Below, piece by piece: positions 33,391 to 43,891 of a DNA stretch of 64,000 nucleotides. Both the position numbers and the translations under genes were made by a program. The notes beneath the pieces were generated by a model. The model saw only the letters and a list, made by a program, of their open reading frames with translations, was not told where the DNA came from and ran no database searches. Numbering within the stretch: position 1 is the first letter of the stretch; each line of letters starts with the position of its first letter. The DNA is from Naegleria gruberi. Taxonomy: Eukaryota. The stretch is from NCBI GenBank assembly GCA_000004985.1, contig GG738889.1; one strand, written 5' to 3'.

Positions 33391-33425
33391 TCAACATAAA
33401 ATTCACAATCAAAAAAAATAACAAA

Positions 33426-36400
33426 ATGGGTAGAACTCCACGTATTGCCAAGCGCAAAACATCAACAAAGAGAAAAAGAAAGGATGAGAGTGAAGATGAA
33501 CACGAATCTGATCAATCAGAAAATGAACAAGTAACTGTGGCCTCTGAACAAAGCGAAGATGAACAATCTGAAGCAGAGGAACCATCAGAACCATCATCAT
33601 CAGAAGACGAAGCCTTCCACGATGATGAAAAGGATGAGGATTTCGAGCCTCCAAAACCAAGAACATCAAGAAAGAAGTCTACAACAAAAAAGACAACAAC
33701 CAAGAAAAAGGATACAACAACAACAACACCTAGGAAGAAGAAACTTAAAACTGGTACATCAACAACAACAAAGAAAACAAAAACTAGTGGTGAATCTAAA
33801 GGAAAAAAGAAAGGATCAAAGAAAAAGGATGATATTATTGAAGAGGATATGGTTGTTGTAAATGAAGACAAGGATTCTATGTTTGCTTCTGTTAGAAAAG
33901 AAAGCTCAGCTATCAGAGAAATTGTTGACAACTGGCAAGAAAGCTTTGATTCTGATAAATCAAAGGCTACTGCTGAATTGTTGACATTTTTATTACACTC
34001 ATCAGGTGCAAAGGGTGAAACAGAATTTGCTGCAAAAAAACTTAAAGTTGTAGAATCATCAAAAATGGAAAAGGTTATTGATGATTTGATTGAAGAATTA
34101 CCAACTAGTCTGCAAGTTTATCCAATTATTAACAATCACCCATCTCTCAAACACTTTAGAAAGAACTTTGCTGATTTTTGGGATACTTTTGTTGATGTAA
34201 CAAAGGAAGGTTCACAACTTTATGAAAAGATTATTCAAGAAAAGTTTATGAATTGGCTTTTCTTAATGACATCATCTACTTGCAGAGCTTTGAGACATAC
34301 ATCAACATTGGCAGCATATCGTATTGCCTCTAGCGCCATTGATGCAAGAAGATCAGAGGCTAAAACATTGGCTAAACTTGAAAAACAAGCAAAGGCAGCC
34401 AAGAATAAGAAGAAGGAAACGGAATTGTTGGATCTGTGTGAAGAACATCAAGATAAGACAAACACTCTGGAGAAGATATGTAAAGATATCTTTTCGCAGA
34501 TTTTTGTTAAGAGATACAGAGATTCATGCCCAGATATTCGTGCTCTTTCTCTTTTACAAGGTGTTGAATGGGTTATTGGACTTCCAGAACAATTTTTAAA
34601 TGATTCTTCGTTAAAATTCTTTGGTTGGATGTTAAATGATACTGAAGAAAGTGTAAGAAAAGTTGCTGTCCAAGTTTTGGATAAAATTTACAGTAAGAAA
34701 GATTGGAAAGATCAATTGAACAATTTTACATTACAATTTTTACCAAGAATTATTTCAGTCACTCGTGATGTTTCAGTTTCAGTTTCTGTTGAAGGAATCA
34801 AACTTTTAACAACACTCCTCCAAAATGGTTACTTGAAAGCTAATCACATTGAGGAAGTTTCCAAACTTATGTTCAGTGAAGTTTCTAGCGTAAGATTTTA
34901 TGCTGCCAAGTTTGCGTATACACATATCAAATCTAAATCAGATTCATCTAAGTCCAAGAAATCCAAAAAGTCTGATGTCAGTTTGAAAGATGTTCTTGAA
35001 TTTGTTTCTGAATCTGTTGAAGAGTTTCCTATGGCTCCATATTATGTTGTAGATTCGTGGTGGAGTCTTGATAGTGATATTTTCAGAAGCTACAAGCAAA
35101 TTTGTCAAATGATCAATGATGAAGAAGGTGATGCTATAACATTAATCAAGATACTTAATGCCTCCATTCAAAAACTTAAGGGTTCTTTGAAGAGTGTGAC
35201 AAGTTCGTCAGATAATGTTAAAGTTAATACAAAATCTAAACTTACAACAAAAGAAGTAGAAGAAGAAGTTGAAGAAATTACAGGTATTTTAGCACCATAT
35301 CTTTCAGGATTGATTGATAAATACAGAACTGAACCTGAAATTGTTGCAGAGTTGATTGAAATTCCACAACATTTAGATATGGATAATTACGCTGAATCAC
35401 ATTTCACAAAACTTTTAAAGTCTCTTAAAGAAACATTGAACACAAATATTTCCCCAACAGTATATCTTCAAATTGCTAAAACATTCAAATATCTCATTAA
35501 GGATCATGAGGATTTCTCACTCAGATCAGAGGCTACTCTTCAATATAATGAGATAATCAGAGAAATGTCATCTCAACTCAAAGATGCTGTTCAAACACTT
35601 CACGAACAAGATGAACCAACAGCAGACGTGTTATCAACATTACACAGAATAAGAGCCTTTACAAAGGTTGTAGGAACTTCACAATTAATTGCTGATGAAG
35701 TTTTGTTTGAAGATATGAACATTATTTTAGAGTCAAAGATTTCAGAAATTGAAATGTCACAAAAGGATGATTCATCTAGTTCTGAAGAAGAAGTTGATGA
35801 AGTTACACCTATCATTATTGATATTATTCAAGATGATTTGTTCTGGACTCTAAAGGACTCATTGGAAGAAAAGGGTGAACCTAGAGCCAAACTTCAAAAG
35901 AAGTATCTAACTAAGCAAGAAAAGATTACAACTCCTCTTTTCTACGTATTAAAGAAAGGAAAGATTGGGTCTTCCATCATTTTACATTGTTTCAACCATT
36001 TAATGAATATTTACATGATTACATGTGCTGATAATGTTGGTTCTGATACACTTATTCCATTAACCACTAATGATAGAGTTGAAATTTTGAGAAGATTCTT
36101 CACCAAGTCAATGAAACATCTCACTAAGGAATATATTTTGAATAGTGTTTCTGATGAAGAAAATGTAGATGAAGACGAAAAGAAGAAGAAAGATGCTAAA
36201 ATCAAAGTAATCAATCAAACAGTTTCTGATCTTATTCTAGGATTATCAAGAGCTATTATCTGTAAGAGTTTACCAGATACTCTTATTCCAGATATTTTAT
36301 CATACTTTGTCAAGACCAAGATTCCTATTGTTGAGGATGTCATCAAAAAGTTCCACGCCGATATTAAACACCGTTTCGAATCCAAGTTATGGGAATATGA

Positions 36401-36995
36401 ATTTGGTGCTTTGAAGGTTTTACACAGTGCTTATCTCGATTATGTTGAACAAGAAGAAGAAAAATCAATCATCAAGAAAGCCAGCAAAGATTTGGAAGAG
36501 TTAGGCTCCAGAATCAGCAAATCTCACTTCCCTGGAAAAGATGTTAAACATTTGGAATCACTTGTTACTCATACCATCAACTTTATCTTTGATGATATTA
36601 ACCAATATCATTCATTCCTTACTGGTTTAATGAAATTCCGTTTCAAGGGTCTTTCGGACGCCAAGAGATCCGAATTTGTCAAATCAATCAACAGAAAACT
36701 TGACCAAATTGATGATATTGACAAAAAAGCAAAGGAAAATGTTGAATCATTCATTGAACTTTTGGAAGTAAAGAAGAAGAAGGGTGATGAAACAGAAGAC
36801 GAAAAGACTGACAATGAAAAGGATAAGATGGAAGACGAAGAAGAAGAAGAAGAAAAGAAAGATGAAGAGGAAGAAAAAGAGGAAGAAAAGAAAGATGACA
36901 AGATGGAAGATGATGACAATACTCAAATATCTGAAACTAAGGAAAATGAAGAAGATGAAGAATTAATCTCAAGCAAACCTAGATCCTCCCTTTAA
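33426..36995 (+). CDS. cohesin subunit SA/STAG/Scc3 (stromalin)
   Basis: The real ATG is at 33426 (MGRTPRIAKRK). The track ORF begins at an upstream TTG. The basic and acidic N-terminus is followed by the stromalin conserved domain FSQIFVKRYRDSCPDIRALSLLQGVEWVIGLPEQFLNDSSLKFFGWMLNDTEESVRKVAV, which matches the STAG SCD (HRYRD..IR...LNDSYLKY.GW). There is an acidic E/K-rich C-terminus. Confidence 0.8.
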   Translation: MGRTPRIAKRKTSTKRKRKDESEDEHESDQSENEQVTVASEQSEDEQSEAEEPSEPSSSEDEAFHDDEKDEDFEPPKPRTSRKKSTTKKTTTKKKDTTTTTPRKKKLKTGTSTTTKKTKTSGESKGKKKGSKKKDDIIEEDMVVVNEDKDSMFASVRKESSAIREIVDNWQESFDSDKSKATAELLTFLLHSSGAKGETEFAAKKLKVVESSKMEKVIDDLIEELPTSLQVYPIINNHPSLKHFRKNFADFWDTFVDVTKEGSQLYEKIIQEKFMNWLFLMTSSTCRALRHTSTLAAYRIASSAIDARRSEAKTLAKLEKQAKAAKNKKKETELLDLCEEHQDKTNTLEKICKDIFSQIFVKRYRDSCPDIRALSLLQGVEWVIGLPEQFLNDSSLKFFGWMLNDTEESVRKVAVQVLDKIYSKKDWKDQLNNFTLQFLPRIISVTRDVSVSVSVEGIKLLTTLLQNGYLKANHIEEVSKLMFSEVSSVRFYAAKFAYTHIKSKSDSSKSKKSKKSDVSLKDVLEFVSESVEEFPMAPYYVVDSWWSLDSDIFRSYKQICQMINDEEGDAITLIKILNASIQKLKGSLKSVTSSSDNVKVNTKSKLTTKEVEEEVEEITGILAPYLSGLIDKYRTEPEIVAELIEIPQHLDMDNYAESHFTKLLKSLKETLNTNISPTVYLQIAKTFKYLIKDHEDFSLRSEATLQYNEIIREMSSQLKDAVQTLHEQDEPTADVLSTLHRIRAFTKVVGTSQLIADEVLFEDMNIILESKISEIEMSQKDDSSSSEEEVDEVTPIIIDIIQDDLFWTLKDSLEEKGEPRAKLQKKYLTKQEKITTPLFYVLKKGKIGSSIILHCFNHLMNIYMITCADNVGSDTLIPLTTNDRVEILRRFFTKSMKHLTKEYILNSVSDEENVDEDEKKKKDAKIKVINQTVSDLILGLSRAIICKSLPDTLIPDILSYFVKTKIPIVEDVIKKFHADIKHRFESKLWEYEFGALKVLHSAYLDYVEQEEEKSIIKKASKDLEELGSRISKSHFPGKDVKHLESLVTHTINFIFDDINQYHSFLTGLMKFRFKGLSDAKRSEFVKSINRKLDQIDDIDKKAKENVESFIELLEVKKKKGDETEDEKTDNEKDKMEDEEEEEEKKDEEEEKEEEKKDDKMEDDDNTQISETKENEEDEELISSKPRSSL

Positions 36996-37476
36996 AATTT
37001 GTAAATTAAACACTTTATTTATTTGTATATAATTATTTCTTTGGACAACACTGATAGGTCAGTGAGGTGATAATTACTCAAATGTATCTAATTCTATTCT
37101 AATCATTTTTCCTTAATCAAAATCTTTTATTAGCACAAAAAGTCAGTCAATTAGAAGCGCTTTTCTAACCATGAGTGTTAACAAGTCAAGAATCACCGAT
37201 GTAAAAACACCTCACTTGACATTTCGTTCTTTTTGCAATGCGTTCCGACTCAAAAGCCCTCGCTCTCTTCGTGCGTTCTAACAAAATCCGTAGAAAAAGA
37301 CCGTTGGGGTTATTTTCATCATCGTCTTCCACTTAAATATTAGAAGAGGCCTTCGTTCTGTGCTCTAATCAAAAACAAAAAAAAGACTCAACAAGTAACT
37401 CTTCAGTGTTACATAACAGCAAGAACAAAGATATCCTTGATATCAAAACAACACAACACTCACTCGATACACAACA

Positions 37477-37740
37477 ATGAACTCTGTCCTTATTCCATCT
37501 AATACTTCTTCTTCAGCCAATAAGAAGTTGCATTCCAAGAAGCATTCACCTCTCTCAGAGAGAAGAACCTTCTCGAGTGAATTGACTGTAAATTTGAGCT
37601 TGGATAGAACTGCAATTGCCAGTCGTGCCAATCCAAAGAAGACCTTTCATATGTCTCAATATTATACAAGAGAAGAAATTGAAGAAATTTATTTTGATTG
37701 GTTGGCTACTACTGAATATATCAAACTCTATGAAGATTAA
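37477..37740 (+). CDS. small hypothetical protein (87 aa)
   Basis: ATG-initiated ORF preceded by a relatively GC-rich putative promoter/5'UTR. No family recognised. Confidence 0.3.
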   Translation: MNSVLIPSNTSSSANKKLHSKKHSPLSERRTFSSELTVNLSLDRTAIASRANPKKTFHMSQYYTREEIEEIYFDWLATTEYIKLYED

Positions 37741-38105
37741 GATTTCAAATAAGAAGATTATTTGAAAATAGTCAACGTGTCAGTTAAGGAATGAAAATGA
37801 ATTGGTTTGTGATTGGTAATGTCATCAAATGAAACGAAAATATTACAACTATTACTCAATTGAAATTATCAAATCACTTTGTAAATAGTAAATACCTCTT
37901 ACTTTTTAATAAGTTGTGTAGCTTTTCTTTGACAGCTCATTAAGCAAATTGCACCTTTTCAAGATCAACAGCCTACTCGTCAACTACAATCATAATTATG
38001 CCTCTACTTTCCTAATTTTTGAATTAACATTGTTGAACTGTACAGAATCATAATGATGAAGAAATAATTAGATAAATTACTCAAAAAAAATATTAAGGTT
38101 AAAAA

Positions 38106-39770
38106 ATGAAACAACCAAGACAAGAAACAGAGGAGGAATCAGACCTTGAAAAACCGCCAAAGGTTTTAAAAGTTGAAACTCTTCCCAAGCAAGTTGATGA
38201 GATCTCATCTTCGGTTCAAGTATTTAACAAATTTTTCAAAGAATGGTCTCTTAATCCAATGGAAGGGGATGTTATTCAATTTCTTTATAGAGGAAAGCAA
38301 TCTGGAATATTTAAGAGGCTGCAAACAAATCCATCCGAATCTTTATATCAAATCAATAACCTTCCAGAAATTGAGGATTTTTGCAAAAAATCATTTCAAA
38401 AAGTTTTTAAGAACAAGAAGGGGTTTTCCAAGTGTTATTCCCATATTTTCATTACTGGCATGGTGAGGAGTGGTAAAACTACAGTTGCAAGAGATATAAT
38501 TCCTTACCTATTTAGTAGAGAAGTTGGCATACCGTATCAGGTTAGGGTGGTCGATTTCTCTATTGAAACAATAGATAAAGATGAGACTCCTCAAAACTTT
38601 GCTCTATGTATAATTGCTGGATTAATTGATGAAAAGAATGTAACAATGTGTAATTGTATATCACCAAGTGGCAATCAGATTTTGGATTATTTGAACAGAA
38701 ATTCAGGCAGGATGCATTACTTTATATTAGACCATATTCAGTTGTGTGATCCACAGGCATTGAATGTTCTTAAAAAAGTATTCAAATTACCGTTGTTAAC
38801 AGGTTCAAATTTCATTAGTGTTTGGACTGGGAGTACACAAGCAGAACTATTCAGAAAATTGAAAATGATTTCCTCAAATGGGTATTCTTTTACTGATTGT
38901 TGCTTATCATTCAACATCCCACAAAGTAGTAACATTGATAACGTGAAGGAATTAGCAGCCTTTACTAATCACGTCTCGGAAAGGAAACTAATAGATAAGG
39001 CGCTTCTTGAGGTTATAAAAGCAAGTCAAGGATTTTGGAACTGTGGTCATATTGACCAAATATGCAAAGATATGATTGATGGAAATACTGTAGAGAAATC
39101 AATTGATATTCTTCTCAGCAAGATATTCACAATCTATGATCGTGATTTTTCTAATAGCAACCTTATTGAAAATTTATCTAAAAGTCAGGCTTTGGCATTG
39201 TTTAATACGAAACAATTCCCAAACAAATTCGATTCACAAGCAACCTCTATTTCAGGTATTTCGGATCTCTCATGTTTTTTCGATAACCTGTCTGGAGATT
39301 GTGCTTTTATTAGAGATTCCTATTTAGACGCCTACATTAGTCTAAAATATTCTTTTGGGAATGGAAAGTTAGTTAGTAAATTAATTGAATGGGAATCCAC
39401 CTTTGAACATGACTATCTGATTCTCTTCCCATTTATTTTACTCGGTGAATTCTTAAAGAACAACCCATGGCAAGGCACAAACATTGTTAAATCTTTAGGA
39501 TTGCATTGTGACAGCCACAATATTAACTTGGCAAAACATTTAAATAACGCATTTCTTGCAAAACACAAAAAGATTGTTATTAGTAAAAATATGGATGGTA
39601 TGGTAAAGGAGATTCTAATAGCAATTCGAAATATACTAAGTCATGACCACAAAGCCAGCCCACAGGTCCGTAAGACAATTGCAACATTTTGGTGCTCGAC
39701 TGGCAAACTTAGTACCCTCAAAGATAATGTGAGAAACCTGTATACTCAATCAGGCAACACTAATCAGTAG
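38106..39770 (+). CDS. P-loop NTPase-domain protein of unknown function
   Basis: Walker A is IFITGMVRSGKTTVARD. A Walker B-like HYFILDHIQ lies about 90 residues downstream. The C-terminal half is alpha-helical. No confident family assignment. Confidence 0.5.
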   Translation: MKQPRQETEEESDLEKPPKVLKVETLPKQVDEISSSVQVFNKFFKEWSLNPMEGDVIQFLYRGKQSGIFKRLQTNPSESLYQINNLPEIEDFCKKSFQKVFKNKKGFSKCYSHIFITGMVRSGKTTVARDIIPYLFSREVGIPYQVRVVDFSIETIDKDETPQNFALCIIAGLIDEKNVTMCNCISPSGNQILDYLNRNSGRMHYFILDHIQLCDPQALNVLKKVFKLPLLTGSNFISVWTGSTQAELFRKLKMISSNGYSFTDCCLSFNIPQSSNIDNVKELAAFTNHVSERKLIDKALLEVIKASQGFWNCGHIDQICKDMIDGNTVEKSIDILLSKIFTIYDRDFSNSNLIENLSKSQALALFNTKQFPNKFDSQATSISGISDLSCFFDNLSGDCAFIRDSYLDAYISLKYSFGNGKLVSKLIEWESTFEHDYLILFPFILLGEFLKNNPWQGTNIVKSLGLHCDSHNINLAKHLNNAFLAKHKKIVISKNMDGMVKEILIAIRNILSHDHKASPQVRKTIATFWCSTGKLSTLKDNVRNLYTQSGNTNQ

Positions 39771-39799
39771 ACAAACTGTCATTATCTACCTCTGGATTT

Positions 39800-42700
39800 T
39801 CAATCCTCTTCATCTGTTTCCCAATCATTGTCGCTATCTACCTCTGGATTTTCGTTATCATGGAGGAGAGGATAATTTGTGGCAATGCTAATTAATGCCA
39901 AGCAACAGTTTACAGTGTATTCATAAAAGATTTCTCCATCAACCTCAATTTCTCTATGTCGATATTGAGATCTATCCACTTGGAACGAGAAGGGCTCCAT
40001 CGAATGCAAAGTCTTTTTTGTGATATCCATGGATTCAGTGTTAAACTCAGAATTGGCGAATACTGCTTTGATGGTTATTGATTCTATACCATCTTGTCTC
40101 TCTTTGTAAGTAAATGAACAGAGTGATAGTCCAACACGTGATTTCTCTTTCAAGAGTTTGGTTTCTATTGATAATTGTTAAAATAATGCTTGAAATCTGC
40201 AATACTTACTTTGGGGATTGTCCATTGCTGTGAACCGAGGTGAGAATTTGACTCCAAATGCTTCAAATTGATCACTATAGCAGACCTTTCCAACATTTTC
40301 AGGTCTTAAGCGAAAGACAATTGTGTGTATTGAAATTGGAAATTCTGAAGCCATTCTGTGAATTAATGGAGGATAGTTTGTTGTAGACAATTCCTTTCTT
40401 CCTTTGTGGAATGACTCTATATCAACTTGATGATTTGCTATTGGTGTATCAGTAATTTGCTTCATTCCAATAAAGAATTTAAATATGAGAAATTCCTCAT
40501 CCCTTGTTGAGAATGGTTCAACATATTGCTTCTCTACAAATAACCCGTAACTCGAAAGTATCATGTCAAATTTACGAGAATATATTAGATAAGAACTAGC
40601 ATCCATGTCAAAATTTCTAATAGAAAATTCTATTCTAATTCTGTCGAATTGACCTGTTTCTTCATTATGATTAATTGTTGAATTGAGTGTCAAAAATATT
40701 GAACAATTTCCATAATCTTCGTCTTCATCTACAGGGAGAAATTCAACCATCCACTCATATCCACATTCAATAAAAGGGTCAGAGACATAAGTAGTATTGA
40801 AAGGGCCTGTCTTTGGAACCTTTACAGTTACTAGGTGAAGAGCGTGGTCTTTTTTGGAAATATTGGTTTTGGCATAATCCAATAAATCTTCGGTACTCAT
40901 TTGTCTCAACTCTTCTGTTGTGTTAGGTATTGATATTGGAAGTCCACTACTGGTATCACCAACAAAAATGGATTTTTTCTTTAAAATAGCTTCTAATGTT
41001 TTCTTGGATATCTTGAAAGGATTTTGATGAGTTAACAAATCTATAAAGTCTGAAATATAGGTAAATTCAGGGCAGTTGTCTGCAATCGTGTTAATTATAT
41101 TTACAAATAAATTTCCAGAGTAATGAGATATTTCTTTGTTTCCACTAAAGAATTCATTCAACAACCTTTGGACCAGATCTTTCAAGCAATCCTCATATTC
41201 TACATCAGTACCAACAGTTTCTAACAAACTGTCAAAATCATAAAAAAAAGAAAAGTCATTCAAATCTATCAAAATATTGGCCACTGTATAAAGACTTTGT
41301 TGCGATTCAATCGACCTTAAAACTTTTTTCAAAACCTTATTGTAAGACAAATCAAATGAAATCGATTTAGATTTCCATAATTGATCCAACATTTGGAAAA
41401 CTGAGTCTATGTCATCACGTTTCCATAACGAATCTGTATATGTGAATGTTATTAAAAATAATTTGAAAATCTCTGCACTCTCTGAATAATTAATTATCTT
41501 TTCTCCTGAATAATAGAAAAGTCTTTGAATTGCCAGGCTTGCATCTTTCATTTCTCGTACACTGATTCTTTGTTTGGTATAGGAAACAACTTGCTCAATG
41601 TTTTCATAATTAAGCTTTGGGTAAAACTTTCTACTCTCAGGATACGGGTGCTTAAAAATAATAGTTATCCTTGGATTATCATGTTCAAAACTAGAAAAAA
41701 TGGAACTAGTAATGGATGGATCATAACTATTTAGTAGTAGAGTTCTGCACCTTGTGAATTGCGAAAGATAATAAGTTGATTCAATAGTCAAAGCTTTTTC
41801 CTCGTTATATAGTATTTTGAGAATTTCCAATCTTTCTTTTAAATATGGTACTATGCCCTTGATAAAATCATCTTTGATTGAACAGCAGTTGAAAGATAAT
41901 GTTCTCAGATTTTCGGCAGAGAGCAGGGCTTCTAATAATCCATCTTCCAACCCCGTAAACTTAACATCCTCTCCACAAACAAATCCAATATTACCTAGTG
42001 ATTTTGGAAGTCTTAATTCGTTGAAATCTTGAATAGTTTCAGTCATTTCAATTTTTAGACTTGTCAAATTCACTAAATCTTTCAAATTTTTCAAATGATT
42101 ACGCGTTGGACTGTTAACGATAATATCCAGAAATTTTAACGATATTGGTAGAAAACCAATGCATGAGGTAAAAATAGATGATCCGTATACCTTTTCCAAA
42201 CTGTAACTTCTTAATTCTTCTAAACTACTGCTCACTGTACTCTCTGTTAATGACCCACTAAGCTTCAAAACATGTAAACTTTTCATAGAATCTTTCAAAA
42301 AAACAAATTGATTCTCTTCTGACAATTCCTTGTCGCACCATTTCAGTTTTTCCAAATTGCTACCCGTCATCAAGTTGATTAGAATTTCTTTGTAATTCTC
42401 TAAATTAAAACCACCAAAAATTGATACAGACTTTAAACTTAAATTGTTTAGACTCTCAATAAGTCTTTCATTTTTGATTTCTAATGAAGGATAATCCATA
42501 AAATCCAAGTGTAACGAAGTGAGTTTGTTGTGTCTAATTATAAATGTCAGTAGAGGATCGATTACAGCTGATGATTCTCCATCATTAAAGAATATTCTCA
42601 ACTTATCTAATGTTGGAATAAACAAAGACCTTTGTAAACTTTTAACCTTTGGATTATCTGTAAATGGCCAATAAATTCTAATCTTTTTCAAGCATGGGAA

Positions 42701-43551
42701 TGAGAAATCTGAAAAAACAGACAAGTATTTCCCTTCTAGGCTTAATGATTCATCAATAAACATTTTGAATTTCTCAATAATTTTAGAATAGCTAGACAAA
42801 ATAAATGAAACATCTTCATCATCTAGATTGGTTGCAAGAAAACTAAACTCCTTCAAATTAGGACTTGTGCGAACAATGTCTTGAATATTCTTTTGTGTGA
42901 GAGGGTAATTAATACTTAAGGACTCGAGAGACATTGGAAGCTCAATAATTGTCTCATTCATCTCAGTGTCTGAAATAGTCTCATTACTTTGTAGCTCAAG
43001 TGTCTTGAGATTATTAAACTCTTTAAACAGGTGAAAATATTCGCATTTCACATTGCTAAGCTCCATTACCTTTATAGAATGCAACAATTGACTTCCGTTC
43101 AAGATCCAATTAGCCATGAAACTACCAGTGCATTTCAAAGCATCGTCCAAATACAATTCTTCAATGGTAGTCAATCTACCAATCTCATACAATCCCACAT
43201 CTATCAATTTTAAAATATTTATCAATTTAATTATTAAAGTTAAGTTAAATATTAAAACCACATTAAAAACAACCTACCAGTTAGCAACAAAAAGTTAATT
43301 TCACCAAACGAAAACAAATCAATACATTTTAAATTTTTCAATTTGATCAAATAATTATCCACAACTTTTGTTAATTGATTATTATCGACCGAGACATGAA
43401 TGAAATACTTGGATTTTTTCTCTACTAAATAACACCAAATCCAGTCGGAGAAGATCTTTGAAACCAATCTCATAGGAAATAAGTAATCTTCATCTAGAAA
43501 ACACAACAAGTGATCCCGACACAATTCGAAAGGCAAATCCTGTAGCTTCAT
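39800..43551 (-). CDS. F-box / leucine-rich-repeat protein with C-terminal MATH(TRAF)-like domain(s). Three exons at about 43551..43278, 43200..40210 and 40164..39800.
   Basis: Exon 1, MKLQDLPFELCRDHLLCFLDEDYLFPMRLVSKIFSDWIW, is a clear F-box. Its GTAGGT donor is followed by a 77-bp intron. Exon 2 is about 1000 aa of LRRs, then a segment (YEWMVEFLP...CSIFLTL...) with MATH-like spacing. A 45-bp GTAAGT...CAATAG intron joins the last exon in phase. Confidence 0.65.
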
Positions 43552-43891
43552 TTTTTTATGTTTTAATTGTTGATATGATCACCATCACGATGTGATTTCC
43601 TAACCGATGTTCACTGGAATATTTAAGGTGAATGTAACATTTTTTCTCAATTTTTTTGAAATTATTGGAGGGAAAGAAGTAAGGGAAAAGTTTAATTGAA
43701 CCGAATTCATAATGGAAAAATTGCAAATTGTGATGGGAATCGGAAAGGTTGAAAACACAATAATTATTCTGAGAAGGAAAGTTTTATTACTACGATGGGC
43801 TCGTTTCAAATATTTAACAACGAAAATGAAATAACCAAAATAGCTTGGTTTGTGCAATGCACATTATAAAAATTTTCTTGATAATCTTAAT

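Noticed and set aside
33384-33425. ORF-track start of the cohesin gene at 33384
   Set aside because: The codon is TTG because the track uses bacterial alternative starts. It lies inside the E2F-like palindrome, and the first ATG is at 33426. The same issue affects the track starts at 30184, 32921, 49537, 62735, 63148 and others.
33409-33931. Several ORFs on both strands inside the 5' part of the cohesin SA gene
   Set aside because: They are alternative-frame or antisense readings of the acidic and basic low-complexity N-terminus, and they start at non-ATG codons.
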